NCBI GenBank assembly: GCA_008632985.1
Contig: QPGO01000136.1
Coordinates: 186,001-220,845, forward strand
Reading direction: 5' to 3'
DNA: 34,845 nucleotides
DNA from: Psammoneis japonica
Lineage: Eukaryota
The translations under genes were made by a program, and so were the position numbers. Position 1 is the first letter of the stretch; each line of letters begins with the position of its first letter. The notes under the pieces are model-generated. The model was not told the DNA's origin. It did not search any database and worked only from the letters and a program-made list of their open reading frames with translations. Positions 1-10,717 of this stretch are shown here, piece by piece.

Positions 1-2
1 TC

Positions 3-716
3 TTGCCCGGCATGGCACATGTGGTGCAACATCATGCCGTCATGAGCACGTTGCTGACACCGGGAACTAGTACTACAAACAACATGCAAGCGTGTCTCCA
101 CGCCTTTCCTATATTGTTATTGACGTGTGTCTATCAAAACATTGTTCCGTCCGTGACGAAAATATTAAATTATCAACGAACTCAAGTCACGGCGGCACTA
201 ACGTTGGGATCGCTCTTGCCATTGATCATGTATATTGCATGGAGTTGGACCGTGTTGGGAGGTGGAATGGACACTTCCAGTTTGGTGGGTGGACCACTGC
301 TGCAAGTCTTTAGCATTGCCGCCGTCACCGGATCGGCGTTGGGATGTACAATGTCGATTGCCGAAGAAGTCGATACGGTTATTCTCGAGTCCAAACAAGA
401 GACAATACTACAAGACGTCAACAAGAAGGGTTTCAATTTGTCGTCCGTGCTCCTTTCGGTTTCGGTTCCACTCGCTGCGGGTTTGCTCTTTGCGGGTGGC
501 AAGGACTTTGATGCGGCACTCAGTGTGGCGGGGACCTATGGCGATCCACTGCTGTATGGTGTCATTCCGGCATGCATGGCGTATACCCAACGACAAGCGT
601 CTGGGGAAAACAAGAATAGTTTGGTGCCATCGTCGCTGCTGAATGTATTGGGAGTGGGATCCATGCTGTTTTTGGGACAAGAGTTGGTTGAGGATGTTTC
701 AAGCGTACTTTCATAG
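3..716 (+). CDS. Aromatic amino acid (Trp/Tyr) permease, TyrP/HAAAP family; 5'-partial
   Basis: Open frame from the window edge to TAG 714-716. Multiple hydrophobic helices with family-like motifs FPILLLTCVYQNIVPSV, GSLLPLIMYIAW, FSIAAVTGSALG and AGTYGDPLLYGVIPACMAY. Confidence 0.8.
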   Translation: MPGMAHVVQHHAVMSTLLTPGTSTTNNMQACLHAFPILLLTCVYQNIVPSVTKILNYQRTQVTAALTLGSLLPLIMYIAWSWTVLGGGMDTSSLVGGPLLQVFSIAAVTGSALGCTMSIAEEVDTVILESKQETILQDVNKKGFNLSSVLLSVSVPLAAGLLFAGGKDFDAALSVAGTYGDPLLYGVIPACMAYTQRQASGENKNSLVPSSLLNVLGVGSMLFLGQELVEDVSSVLS

Positions 717-939
717 ATGCAGCAAAGCTAGCTAGAGCACAATTTTGATTTACACAGCAGCTGCTCTTTCTTTGACTCTAGATCAAGCACATCAGTCGGT
801 TTTTGGGACAAGAATTGGTCGAAGACGTTTCAAGCGCACTTTCATAGATATGGTACTATCGAAAAGCTAGCTAGAGCTCATTTTGACTATGCAACAACTG
901 CTCCCTCCTTTACTCTCTGGACACTAGGACCTAGATCAA
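669..939 (+). repeat. Diverged tandem duplication of the permease's last 15 codons, stop codon and 3' UTR (copy A ~669-786, copy B ~800-939)
   Basis: FLGQELVEDVSSVLS* (669-716) versus FLGQELVEDVSSALS* (800-847); both are followed by aaagctagctagagc...attttga...ctgctc...ctagatcaa. Confidence 0.9.
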
Positions 940-1554
940 ATAATAAGACGTGCAACAGGCGCTTAAAATAGCACATGATGCGCGCGCGTGCGCTTAAATA
1001 CTCTCTACCGTATCCGTCACTACAAAACTTGAAATTTTCAGAACTTCCTCCAATTGGTGGATCGCCTCGCTCTTCTACATGTACCGTAGGGCCTTATTTG
1101 GTGTTTCTTCGGTCGTCTCTACAGGTACATGAGACGTACCGTACTATCGGGTTGAAGCTGCACTAAGACAGAACGTTCAGATTATCAATCACGCTTTTGA
1201 GCTGGCATAAGGTATCATCGTCATTGGCTCAACGACGTCTCCTTGACCCTCGTTGCGTTGTTGGTGTGGTCATCAGGATGTGGGGCCCCGCTGTTGCTAC
1301 TGCTCCTCGAGCCGCAACAAGAGCAATGAGCCGCCGCATTTTAGTCGGCAGCAGTCCTCATCATCCTGGCGCCCTCCATCAACTTATTGCTCTTCCCACA
1401 GCGGAATCGACGTCGAGGAAGATCGCCACGGCCACGCATCCGTGCAGGGGAAAATACGGCAGAAGCGCTTCCCGAGACGAACGCAACCGGACTCGAGAGA
1501 GTAAAGAGTAAGAAACATGGCGTTTGATACTGGAGACAACAAAAGATTCAGGAC

Positions 1555-2502
1555 TTGCGGCAGCAGTTGTCGCCGTCGGCGGAAGAAAAAGATCTTGCAT
1601 CACAACCCACCCAAAAAGCAAGGGTGACCGCGAAAATTCCCTTCATCAGACCAGATCGTCTCCTCTCGAAAGAAGAATTCGGCCAACATATGGGCAACCT
1701 CTATGACGAACTGAACCATCATTTGACAGAGCTTCACCCGACCGACCAGCAGTGGCTGCAGCAAGATCTCGTGGCGATTGCAGTCGGCGGGCTTGCCTTG
1801 ACGGAGTTGATGCAGATAATTAAGACCGATGTACTACCACAGATTAAAGGCAACAAGAAAGATCACGATTCCGTGAACAGATTGGTAGAATGGTATAAAA
1901 GGACGAGCATTGAGCAATACATGGAGCATCTTGGTGAACTTGAGGCGCTGAGTACCGAAACGAAAGGCATCCTTGGTGCTGCGCTGCAGGTTCCCAAGGA
2001 AGACTTTCGGCCCATGGAGGAACGCGTGTTGGATATCAAATTGCTTGCGGTGCATTCCGACTTTCGGTCTCACTTTTATGCACAACGTGGTGACTTGTTC
2101 ATGCGAAACCGCAGCGATTGGCTCGGCAGCGGGGTTGGCGTCAGCATGCTTCCCACGTTATCGAACCCCTGCGACTGGTTTCAGGAGCCTCTCCATCCGA
2201 ACGAGGAGGAAAATACTTTGGACAAGGTCAAGAGGGGTGATATCGTGAGCTTTTTGATCCGCTATAAAAACGGTAATGTTCGGCCCCTTGGCAAACGCAT
2301 CACAGGACTGCCGGGAGACGCTGTCCGAACCATTCAAGGCAACAATGTGAGGGTGCCCAAGGACTGCTTTTGGGCCGAGGGTGACAATGCCGAGCAATCC
2401 AGTGATTCCCGCCATTTTGGGGCTGTGCCAGCACAAAACCTTCGGGCCCGCGTGTTGGCTGTCTTGAACAGATCTCCCCTTGGCTTGAGATTCTTTTGGT
2501 AA
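1555..2502 (+). CDS. Peptidase S26 family protein, mitochondrial inner-membrane protease (IMP1/IMP2)-like, with N-terminal extension; start uncertain (first in-frame ATG at 1690)
   Basis: Catalytic Ser box GVSMLPTL, RGDIV, catalytic Lys box KRITGLPGD, and VPKDCFWAEGDNAEQSSDSRHFGAVP. Confidence 0.85.
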   Translation: MRQQLSPSAEEKDLASQPTQKARVTAKIPFIRPDRLLSKEEFGQHMGNLYDELNHHLTELHPTDQQWLQQDLVAIAVGGLALTELMQIIKTDVLPQIKGNKKDHDSVNRLVEWYKRTSIEQYMEHLGELEALSTETKGILGAALQVPKEDFRPMEERVLDIKLLAVHSDFRSHFYAQRGDLFMRNRSDWLGSGVGVSMLPTLSNPCDWFQEPLHPNEEENTLDKVKRGDIVSFLIRYKNGNVRPLGKRITGLPGDAVRTIQGNNVRVPKDCFWAEGDNAEQSSDSRHFGAVPAQNLRARVLAVLNRSPLGLRFFW

Positions 2503-2863
2503 GGACGCTGCTTCGTACTAGTACGAAACGTGGAGTTTGGCACCGCTCACAGCCTGCCCTAGTGTAAACGCCGGGATGGCGGCCATCAGTAGCGACCAAG
2601 GCTCGGGACAGTTTGTGGAAATGAGGACGTAGAGAGCGAGTGAGTGCCGCTTAGCGATGCTCGCAGGCGGGGCGACCGCTTTATACATTTCAGAGAAAAA
2701 CTGTTGCTTCTCATCCTGTTGCCAGAGAAAGCAATTTTGATTAAAGTAACAACTTCTTCTTTTTTTTTTTAAATAACACCAAGCAAATCAGTTGTTCTCG
2801 TGTAGCTTACTTTCATTAGTTGCTTCGCTCGTCGCGCAAACTCCAACAACAACAGCATGATAG

Positions 2864-4078
2864 TTAATCTTCCCACCCCATTGTTCCGTTGATGGTCACT
2901 GCATGCATGCCTGCATTGTGGTTGACAAGACAGGGAGTACAGCTGCATTCTTTGCAACGCGTACCATCTTGTTGAATGGGATACATGCCATTGAGAAACC
3001 CATCGATGCCTGCTCGGTCCCATCCTGGATAGCAACGACACGACGTGTGCATGGGGATTTGTTCCTCGTGAAACTCGGGATGAAACCGTTCAAACAAGTA
3101 CAGCGCCACGCGAAAGGGTAATTGGTCGTTGATGACTTTTCTGTTCTTGGTTGCGACATTGTTGTAAATGTGCTCGCTGACAAGAGGAACAAAGTGACAA
3201 AAGGTATGAACCAACTGCCGATGAAAGTTAAACAAGATGGTGCCCGTGTTGCGATCTCCAAAGTACTGCCAATCCGTGAGAACATTCTTGTCGCCCGGAA
3301 TCCATTGCTCGGGACCACCACTCCCAAAGGGATACTGATCCAGTCCAATCGCAAGATCCACAATGTTTGTCATGGGCATGGCCCACAGTCTGTCGCTAAA
3401 GGGCCTTGACAGGGCAAAGAGTTTCTCGAAGCCAGGACAAGGATAGGCATCCGAATCCAAAACAATGGTTTGTTTGTAGGGCGCAAAAATATAACTGCTC
3501 AGCGATTTGAGCCAAAAATTGGATGATCCCTGTTCCAGCAAGGTATGATTGTCATTGCCCTTGTAAAGACCCGACTTGGTTGCAATCACATCATCAAACA
3601 CGGTGCCGTTGGCCCATAGGCGGCACGCGTCGGGATGTTGTGGGATTCTTGTTGTTCCTTGACACTTTTGCAAAATATCCAAATGATCAGGAGACGTCAT
3701 GAGAGCCAGCTTGATATCGGTGCGATCGCCAAGTATCTTTCGAATTCGACGACCATTCTGAAGGGCCTTGATGGTGTATCGGTCAAACTTGCCTTCGGTT
3801 GGTCCAATCACCACTCCCAAATTACCACGAGTGTGAGAGGATTTGAAATCCGCTGCACTGCGTCTTTCGGCCTCTTTAAGAATATCCAAATACACAGAAT
3901 AGACACCGTATCCCGGGGATGATTCTTTGTCAGCCTCGTCGGTTCCGCCTTTTTCTACCTCGTCTAACTTTCCTCCAACTTGTGGACAAGACATTATGTT
4001 CATATTCAGGACAGTTATGAAAACAGCAAACACCAAGAAAAGGATTGCCTTGCAGCCGACAAAGTTTTTCATAGTCAT
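2864..4078 (-). CDS. Putative GT-A fold (nucleotide-diphospho-sugar) glycosyltransferase, type II membrane protein
   Basis: Intact 404 aa ORF with an N-terminal TM anchor (AILFLVFAVFITVL), a DxD motif in APYKQTIVLDSDAYPC, then RNTGTILF and NDQLPFRVALY motifs. Confidence 0.7.
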   Translation of the reverse strand: MTMKNFVGCKAILFLVFAVFITVLNMNIMSCPQVGGKLDEVEKGGTDEADKESSPGYGVYSVYLDILKEAERRSAADFKSSHTRGNLGVVIGPTEGKFDRYTIKALQNGRRIRKILGDRTDIKLALMTSPDHLDILQKCQGTTRIPQHPDACRLWANGTVFDDVIATKSGLYKGNDNHTLLEQGSSNFWLKSLSSYIFAPYKQTIVLDSDAYPCPGFEKLFALSRPFSDRLWAMPMTNIVDLAIGLDQYPFGSGGPEQWIPGDKNVLTDWQYFGDRNTGTILFNFHRQLVHTFCHFVPLVSEHIYNNVATKNRKVINDQLPFRVALYLFERFHPEFHEEQIPMHTSCRCYPGWDRAGIDGFLNGMYPIQQDGTRCKECSCTPCLVNHNAGMHAVTINGTMGWED

Positions 4079-4619
4079 TTTCTTCTTTTTGAGTCACGTG
4101 TCTAAGTAGTACCGGTGTAGTGTATACACAAGTTAGCTTCTTCTTCTTCTTCTTGATGTTTTGTGCGATTCGGCTGTGCGTGTCAAATCACAAAGAGATG
4201 CTGACCTAGAACTCCAGAGTAGAGAAAGGAGAGACGTTAGTACTTAGTAGCGCGGGTATTACTATCTCGAAAAACAACCCTTGCAATCAATAAAGAGTAG
4301 TTTGCGACATGTAAGGCCGAAACGACAGCGCAACAGCCGAAAAGTTTGACGAAAAACAAAAATCCTCACAACATCACTGAAACAGCGGACCATCGAAAGG
4401 GCTCGTCTTTTGCTTCATATTATCACCCAATCGCAGCAGCCTCACCTTCGTCTTCACACGGACGGTTCGATTCACATGCACAAACAAGAAACCATAGATA
4501 GAGTGAAGAGTGAAGGTCGTCAGCAAGTCGTCATGTTCACTTTATGTGCAGCAATGCAGCCGCGCGGTTGGTTTTTCAGGTCAGTTATGCTTTCGGTCTT
4601 TTTATTTTTTATTTTTTTT

Positions 4620-5449
4620 TTGAAGCAAATGCATCTTTCATTACACGGCATGGACAGAACATCAGCACATTGTGTCTCAAAGCCAATCAATTGTGGGGAT
4701 CTCTTCCTGTTGAACTGGGTCTCCTTCCAAGCTCCTTTGGTCTGGAAGTCCCAGATGGATTTGCAATGCTTGCGTTTGCTCTTGTCATCATGGACTCACT
4801 CTGCTCAGTCTCATGGTGCACTGGAGTCTCGCCAGTTTGACCCATGCTGACCACAGCTTTGGTGTCATTGGATCAATCTCAGGAACTCCCATCAGAATTG
4901 GGGTCACTCACTGGCCTGGGTGGGTGGAGATTTTTTTTTCATCTTTTTGCATGTCGTTGTTTGCGACTTCTGCCTCTGTCATTTGCCTGGCTGCTCACTT
5001 TGTGTTTGGTGTTTTTTTTTGCGCCGCTTTGCTTCATCAACGTCCAGCTCGTTTGTTCCTTCACCACAATGACATCTCAGGAACCATTCCAACAGAAATT
5101 AGGTTGCTTGGAAATTTGAGCAAGTGCCTGCAATTCAAAAATGGGGCATTCATTCCTTGACTTGCAACCTGTTTTGACTGTTGTGGTTTGTGTGTGGCTC
5201 CAACATGCAGCTGCTTTGACACTGGGTGGCAGTGTGCTTGCAGGGACCATTTCTTCAACATTTGGCACCATGACAAAGTTGGGTGAGAACAAGGAAAAAA
5301 TGCTGTGGCATTTGATGGGTGATGTTTCCTCTCTTCTTGTCTTGTGTCACCTTTTCTCCATCAGAGCATTTTTGCGCCTTGCCACAAATTCATTCACAGG
5401 GGTGTTTGAATGCTGTCTGAGCTTCATTCAGAAATGTCGCATCTTCTGA
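4620..5449 (+). pseudogene. Decayed intron-containing leucine-rich-repeat gene (plant-specific-type LRRs)
   Basis: LRR fragments in different frames: LCLKANQLWGSLPVELGLL, LPSELGSLTGL, LFLHHNDISGTIPTEIRLLGNL, LTLGGSVLAGTISSTFGTMTKL, FLRLATNSFTG. They are separated by intron-like spacers ending in CAG; the donor at 5120 reads GCAAGT. Confidence 0.75.
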
Positions 5450-6122
5450 TTTGATGTGAACAAGACCATTGCTTTTTGACCCAAGGACATCCCTTGCATT
5501 CTTTGTGTGCCAGGCGTGTGAGTCTCTCAAAAGGTTTCACCCCCAAATGGTGGAGAGCTCAGCAGAGCCCAGCCGCGGATGTCACAGCAAGTTGCGACTC
5601 TGTCGCTCACTCTCTCAAAGCTCACTCAATGAAAGTGACTAGCTAGATCTGTCAAGGGTCACAGCAGCTAAATGCAGCAAGGCAGCTGCTTCTCAGAAGT
5701 GAGAAAACCAGAGACCTGCACATGGCCCGCACGAGGTGTGCGATGAATGCCTGGCAGCTTTGTTGGCCAAAGTCTTCCGAAGTCCTCGCTGTCTGTCTGG
5801 CAATGTCAATCTCTGGAGCTCTCTTTCTCTTGATTCATTTCTAAAAGATGCAACGCTGAATTGGATTGTAGTTCCCTCCAATGCAACGGGGTCCTCAAAG
5901 TCTACCTGTTAATTGAGGGGGCACCAGTTTAGTGTGACAGCCAGACGTTGGAGGGAGAAAAATGAGAATGACGTCAGCAGGGCAGGTGGAGGTTTTCTTC
6001 GATCTTATCTTTGCTGCTGTTTTGGTTTTTTGTTGCGTTGCGTTATTGCTTGTTGCGGGACACGGTTTCCAGTTTGGAGAGTTGCTGTGGCCACATTTGC
6101 GTTCTTAACAACCGTTTCAACA

Positions 6123-8463
6123 ATGAAAGGAAGCTCATTGTGGGCAAACGTCTTTTTGTGCCTTGGTCTAATTAGTCAGCAAACCATGTCGTTTGTTCCT
6201 TCCTTTTTGATGAAACGGGCAGCTGGTCGAGCCATAGGCGCCGCATCTGCTGCTGCTTCTCTGAATCCAGCGACGACACCTAGGAGTGCATCTGCAGCCA
6301 CATGTGACGCTCCGACAATAACAAATAATCCACTCTTGCAGAATTGGTCGGCCGAGCCCTTTCATTTACCGCCCTTTTCAAAGATTGAACCACGACATTT
6401 CAAACCTGCTCTCGAGCAATCCATGAAGGAGCACATGGACGATTTGCGTGCCATTGTAAATGATTCAGAAGAAATGATTTCGAGAGCGTCATTGCAGCCT
6501 ACGATCGTGCCGGTGGACTCATGGAGCGGGTCGGATCGGTCTTTGGGAACATGTGCAGCTCCAAAAATACGCCGGATTTGCAAGAAATTCAACTCGAAAT
6601 GTCCCCCATTCTCAGTCGACATTCGAGTGCGTCCTACACGTTGCCCGGTTTGTTTGACAAGATTGACAAGGTATATCAAGAACGGAATAATTTGGATTTG
6701 ACGGACGAACAAGTGCGTCTCGTGGAGCGGATTCGCATGGACTTTGTCCGAGCGGGTGCCAATTTTAGCGAGGAAGCCAAGAAGAGTATACCGAAATCAA
6801 GGCCAAGCTAGCATCCTTGTGCACCGAGTTTCAACAAAACGTTATGAAGGACGAGGAAGAATACGAAATGATTTTGTCGCTAGACGACTTGCAAGGATGT
6901 CCGCAGTCTCTGGTAGAGGCGGCGCGTCAGGCGGCTGAGGAACGCAACAAGGGGGATGACGAGTACGTGATTACTCTCTCGCGGTCGCTCGTGGAACCAT
7001 TCTTGACCTTTGCGGATCGACGTGATTTGCGCCAACAAGCCTTTGAAGCGTGGATGAAAAGAGGTGAAATGCATCCGGATCGTGATAACATCAAGATTGC
7101 GCAAGAGATTTTGAAGCTTCGTCAAGAACAGGCGAAATTGCATGGGTACAAGACGTTTGCTGACTACCAATGTGACGATATGATGGCCAAAACACCCGCC
7201 AATGTCATGGAGTTGTTGGAGAATGTCTGGGATCGTGCCAAAAAGGCTGCAGACAGGGAGCGTGAAGCATTGGAAGAGTACTGTCGTGAATCTGGGACAG
7301 AACTAACAGACGGGATTCAACCGTGGGATTGGAGATATTATGCCGAGAAGGTACGCAAGGCCAAGTATGACTTTGATGAGTCGTTGCTCAAGCCATATCT
7401 GTCTCTGGAGAAAGTTACGGAAGCCGTCATGGCCGTGTCGGGTAATCTATTCGGGTTAAAATATGTCCGTCGACCCGACATTGAAGCCTACCATCCAGAT
7501 GTGGATGTTTATGAAGTTCGAGAAACTCTGGCGGATGGGACGGACAAGCTCGTTTCCATCTTTATCCATGACAACTATGCCCGGCCATACAAATCAAGCG
7601 GAGCATGGATGAGCGAATATCGCACTCAAACGAAAAATCTTGGAGCAGATTTGGACGAGATTGATGGCGTACCCATTGTGTCCAACAATAACAACTTTGC
7701 AAAAGGCAAGGCGACGCTCCTGTCCTTTGACGACGCCCTAACCCTTTTCCACGAGATGGGTCACGGTCATCATGGGATGCTGTCCAACGCAAGCTACAGT
7801 CGCCTGGCGTCCACAAATGTTTTAACCGATTTTGTAGAGCTGCCTTCTCAGCTCCTAGAGAATTGGTTGGAACAACCCGAGGTGCTCAAAAAGTACGCCA
7901 GGCATTATGAAACCGATGAACCAGTTCCGGACGAGTTGCTAGAAAAGCTCAAGGCTGCGAGTCGTTTTAATGAAGGGTTTGCGACAATCGAGTACACTTC
8001 CTGCGCACTCTTGGATATGAAAATGCATCAGATCGAAGATTATTCAGACTTTGACCTAGTCGAGTTTGAGCGAAAGGAGCTTGAACGCTTGGGTATGCCA
8101 CAAGGCATAGTGATGAGACAGTGAGTAGTGCATTGAGTCCTGTTTGGCTAGTGCACCCGTATCTCCTCACATCGACCCTGTACTCTGTGACGTTGCAGCC
8201 GACCTGCGCATTTCCAGCATCTCTTCAGTGGTTCTCATTATGCAGCAGGATATTACGTCTATCTATGGGCGGATGTTCTTGCTGCTGATGCGTTTGCGGC
8301 ATTCACTGAGACAGGTGATGTATTCAGCAAGGAGACGGCTAAGAAGGTCCGACTACACATTTATTCATCTGGCAACACGGTTGCACCGGACGAACTTTTT
8401 CGTCGCTTCCGAGGACGTGATCCTGAGATTCAGTTTGTCCTTGAGAAGAAGGGACTACTGTAG
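6123..8463 (+). CDS. M3A metallopeptidase (peptidyl-dipeptidase Dcp/oligopeptidase A-like), probably organelle-targeted; exons 6123-8120 and 8199-8463; two 1-nt frameshifts (~6473, ~6782)
   Basis: NNPLL, PPFSKI, QPWDWRYYAEKVR, KSSGAWM, HEXXH motif LFHEMGH and DFVELPSQLLENW. Intron GTGAGT..TTGCAG 8121-8198 joins MRH-RPAHFQHLF, followed by YAAGYYVYLWA and FRGRDP. N-terminus is a signal peptide followed by S-FVP, like a diatom bipartite presequence. Confidence 0.92.
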
Positions 8464-9206
8464 CATATAACACCATAAAGTAGGGCACACAAGTCTGTCA
8501 CTTGCAGGCAGCATCAGCGTATCACTCGGAGGATGAATTCGCGGAATTTTATTCGTGAGAGTGGGAGTGACCAAAATTTCGCAGACATAGTCATGGACAA
8601 ATTTGAAAGTGTCTTATGAATCAAGACATTTCAATACAATATTTTTTCAAATTTGATTGGCGAACAATAAAGACCTTTCAATTAATGGAAAAGCATCGGT
8701 GAGATAGTCACCCTCGCAGAAAGACACTTCCACGCTCAACAATTAGGCCCAACGGTCCTCGCGGTATTGGAAAAACCATGTCAGTCATTACGAACACCGC
8801 ACAAATAAATCCTTGTGCGATTCCATAAACAGAAACGGATCTAAGCCCCGACAAAATCCATAATCCATTCGAAAGAAATAATATTTAAATCGATACCAAG
8901 ATAACGAGAGGTCATCTGTCCAATGTCTCTTTTTACTTAACAGTTCGAAAGACTTATCTTATTTTAATTATGGACTGATCGTATGATAGAGCGTTGTTAT
9001 GAGATCTCAACACGATCCACGCTGTTTTTTGGACGGTGGGCTATCATACCACAGCTCCTGTACAACTCAACTGCTGTCCTACAGCGTTTTACGCAAACTC
9101 ACTGTAGGCACCTCGTTTGTTTGACCAACAAGAGTGCTCTGCAACCCACAATAACTTTCTCACATAAGAGGGAGAAGCAACCCGTTTGCCATTGCTGTAG
9201 GTACAA

Positions 9207-10260
9207 ATGATGCTTACGCCCATGAACAGCTCAATGATTGATCCACTCCTCCATGCATCAAAGAATGTATGTCCTGATGATGAAGTGACAGACCAGAACT
9301 CTAAGCCTGGTGGACAGTCGAATCCCACAAACACGAACACCACTGATAGAGACCAAGATCAAGAGGAGGGACAAGTCATTGATTCTCCTAATCGTCATGC
9401 TGGTGACAATAGGAAGAACGCCTCGTCGTTTCCAAACAAGGTAAGATTCAGTGGTCCTCGTGCTGTACTGAGGTTTTGTTTGTGGGATTAGCTCAACTGA
9501 TCTTGCGTTACAACAGCTCTTTGACGTATTAGCTTCAAATGACTATGAAGATATCTTCACGTGGCTTCCCGACGGCAAGTCCTTCAAGATTCTCCAGCAA
9601 GAAGAGTTCGTATCCAATATTCTTGAGGTCCACTTCAAGGGCGTCAAGTATTCAAGCTTCACTCGGAAGCTTCGACGTTGGGGCTTTAAGAGACATTTGC
9701 GGGGGGAAGAGACTGGGGCATTCTTTCATAAGAACTTCCAACGCGATAGAGCTGATTTGCTAAAGAAGATGACTTGCTACAATCCTCATCCACCGAGGAC
9801 TTCCAACAGCAGCATGGGGGCTCGTGTGTCTGCAGCTCGCCTTGCCGATCTCACTTCAAGAACAATGTCGTCTCCTTCCATTTCGTCATTTCACTCCCCA
9901 CCCGCTGCTTCGCTTTCTCAGCTCGCCGCCCATTCGCCAGCCATGCTCCACCCAAGAGCCAGCTCCTTGCCCACCCATGATACTCTAAGGACGCCGAGTC
10001 TTCTCAACATGGTGACACCTACACCTCTGAGTTCTCTGCAACCAAGCGCAACTTCACCCTACCTTGGTGATGACCTTACACCAGAAGTTTGGCGTCGTCA
10101 AGATCTCAACACGGTCATTGAGCTGGAAGTTGCTCGTCGCCTTCGAGAGAAGCACAGATTGACACGAATCACGAGGCAGGCCTTGGAAAACTCTGACTCC
10201 ATGAGAGCCATGGATAACCTATTGAAATACGGGGGCAGCCCATCCTTTCCGCCCTACTAA
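9207..10260 (+). CDS. Heat shock factor (HSF-type DNA-binding domain) transcription factor; exons 9207-9440 and 9517-10260
   Basis: Intron GTAAGA..CAACAG 9441-9516 gives in-frame SFPNK-LFDVL...IFTWLPDGKSFKI...HFKGVKYSSFTRKLRRWGF...FFHKNFQRD. Confidence 0.92.
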
Positions 10261-10717
10261 CGAGCTGGAAATACTTCAGGAAGCTAGCGCTCGGGGAGGC
10301 GCATCGGTAATGATGTGATGACGACATTATTGACGGGGAATCGATCCTTCTTTCGAGTACCGTAAGGAGTATAAAACTGCATTTTTTTGGTTTTCAGTTC
10401 TATGGTCAATGATCTGTATCCGCATACCTGCGCAAGTGTGCTCAACAAGACATTGTAGCTGCGAGGCACCAGAGCAACGGTTAGAGAGCGTTGCGTACAC
10501 CAACAGTGAATGCACGCAGGGCATTTTTGTATCGATCAGTCAATCTGCTGTATTAAGTCGTACAGTACGAGCTTTAGTTTTATGGTCGATGATCTGAATC
10601 GCCGACATCCCGGCTTCAAAGACATTTCATATAGAGTGTGTGCACCAACTGCTGCGAACGCTCGTGGTTGAACACATACCGTAGCCTATCTCAACCCGTC
10701 GTTACGTCTTTAGCCAC

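Noticed and set aside
6465..6790. Programmed ribosomal frameshifting in the M3 peptidase
   Set aside because: No slippery site or stimulatory structure seen; homopolymer sequencing error is more parsimonious.
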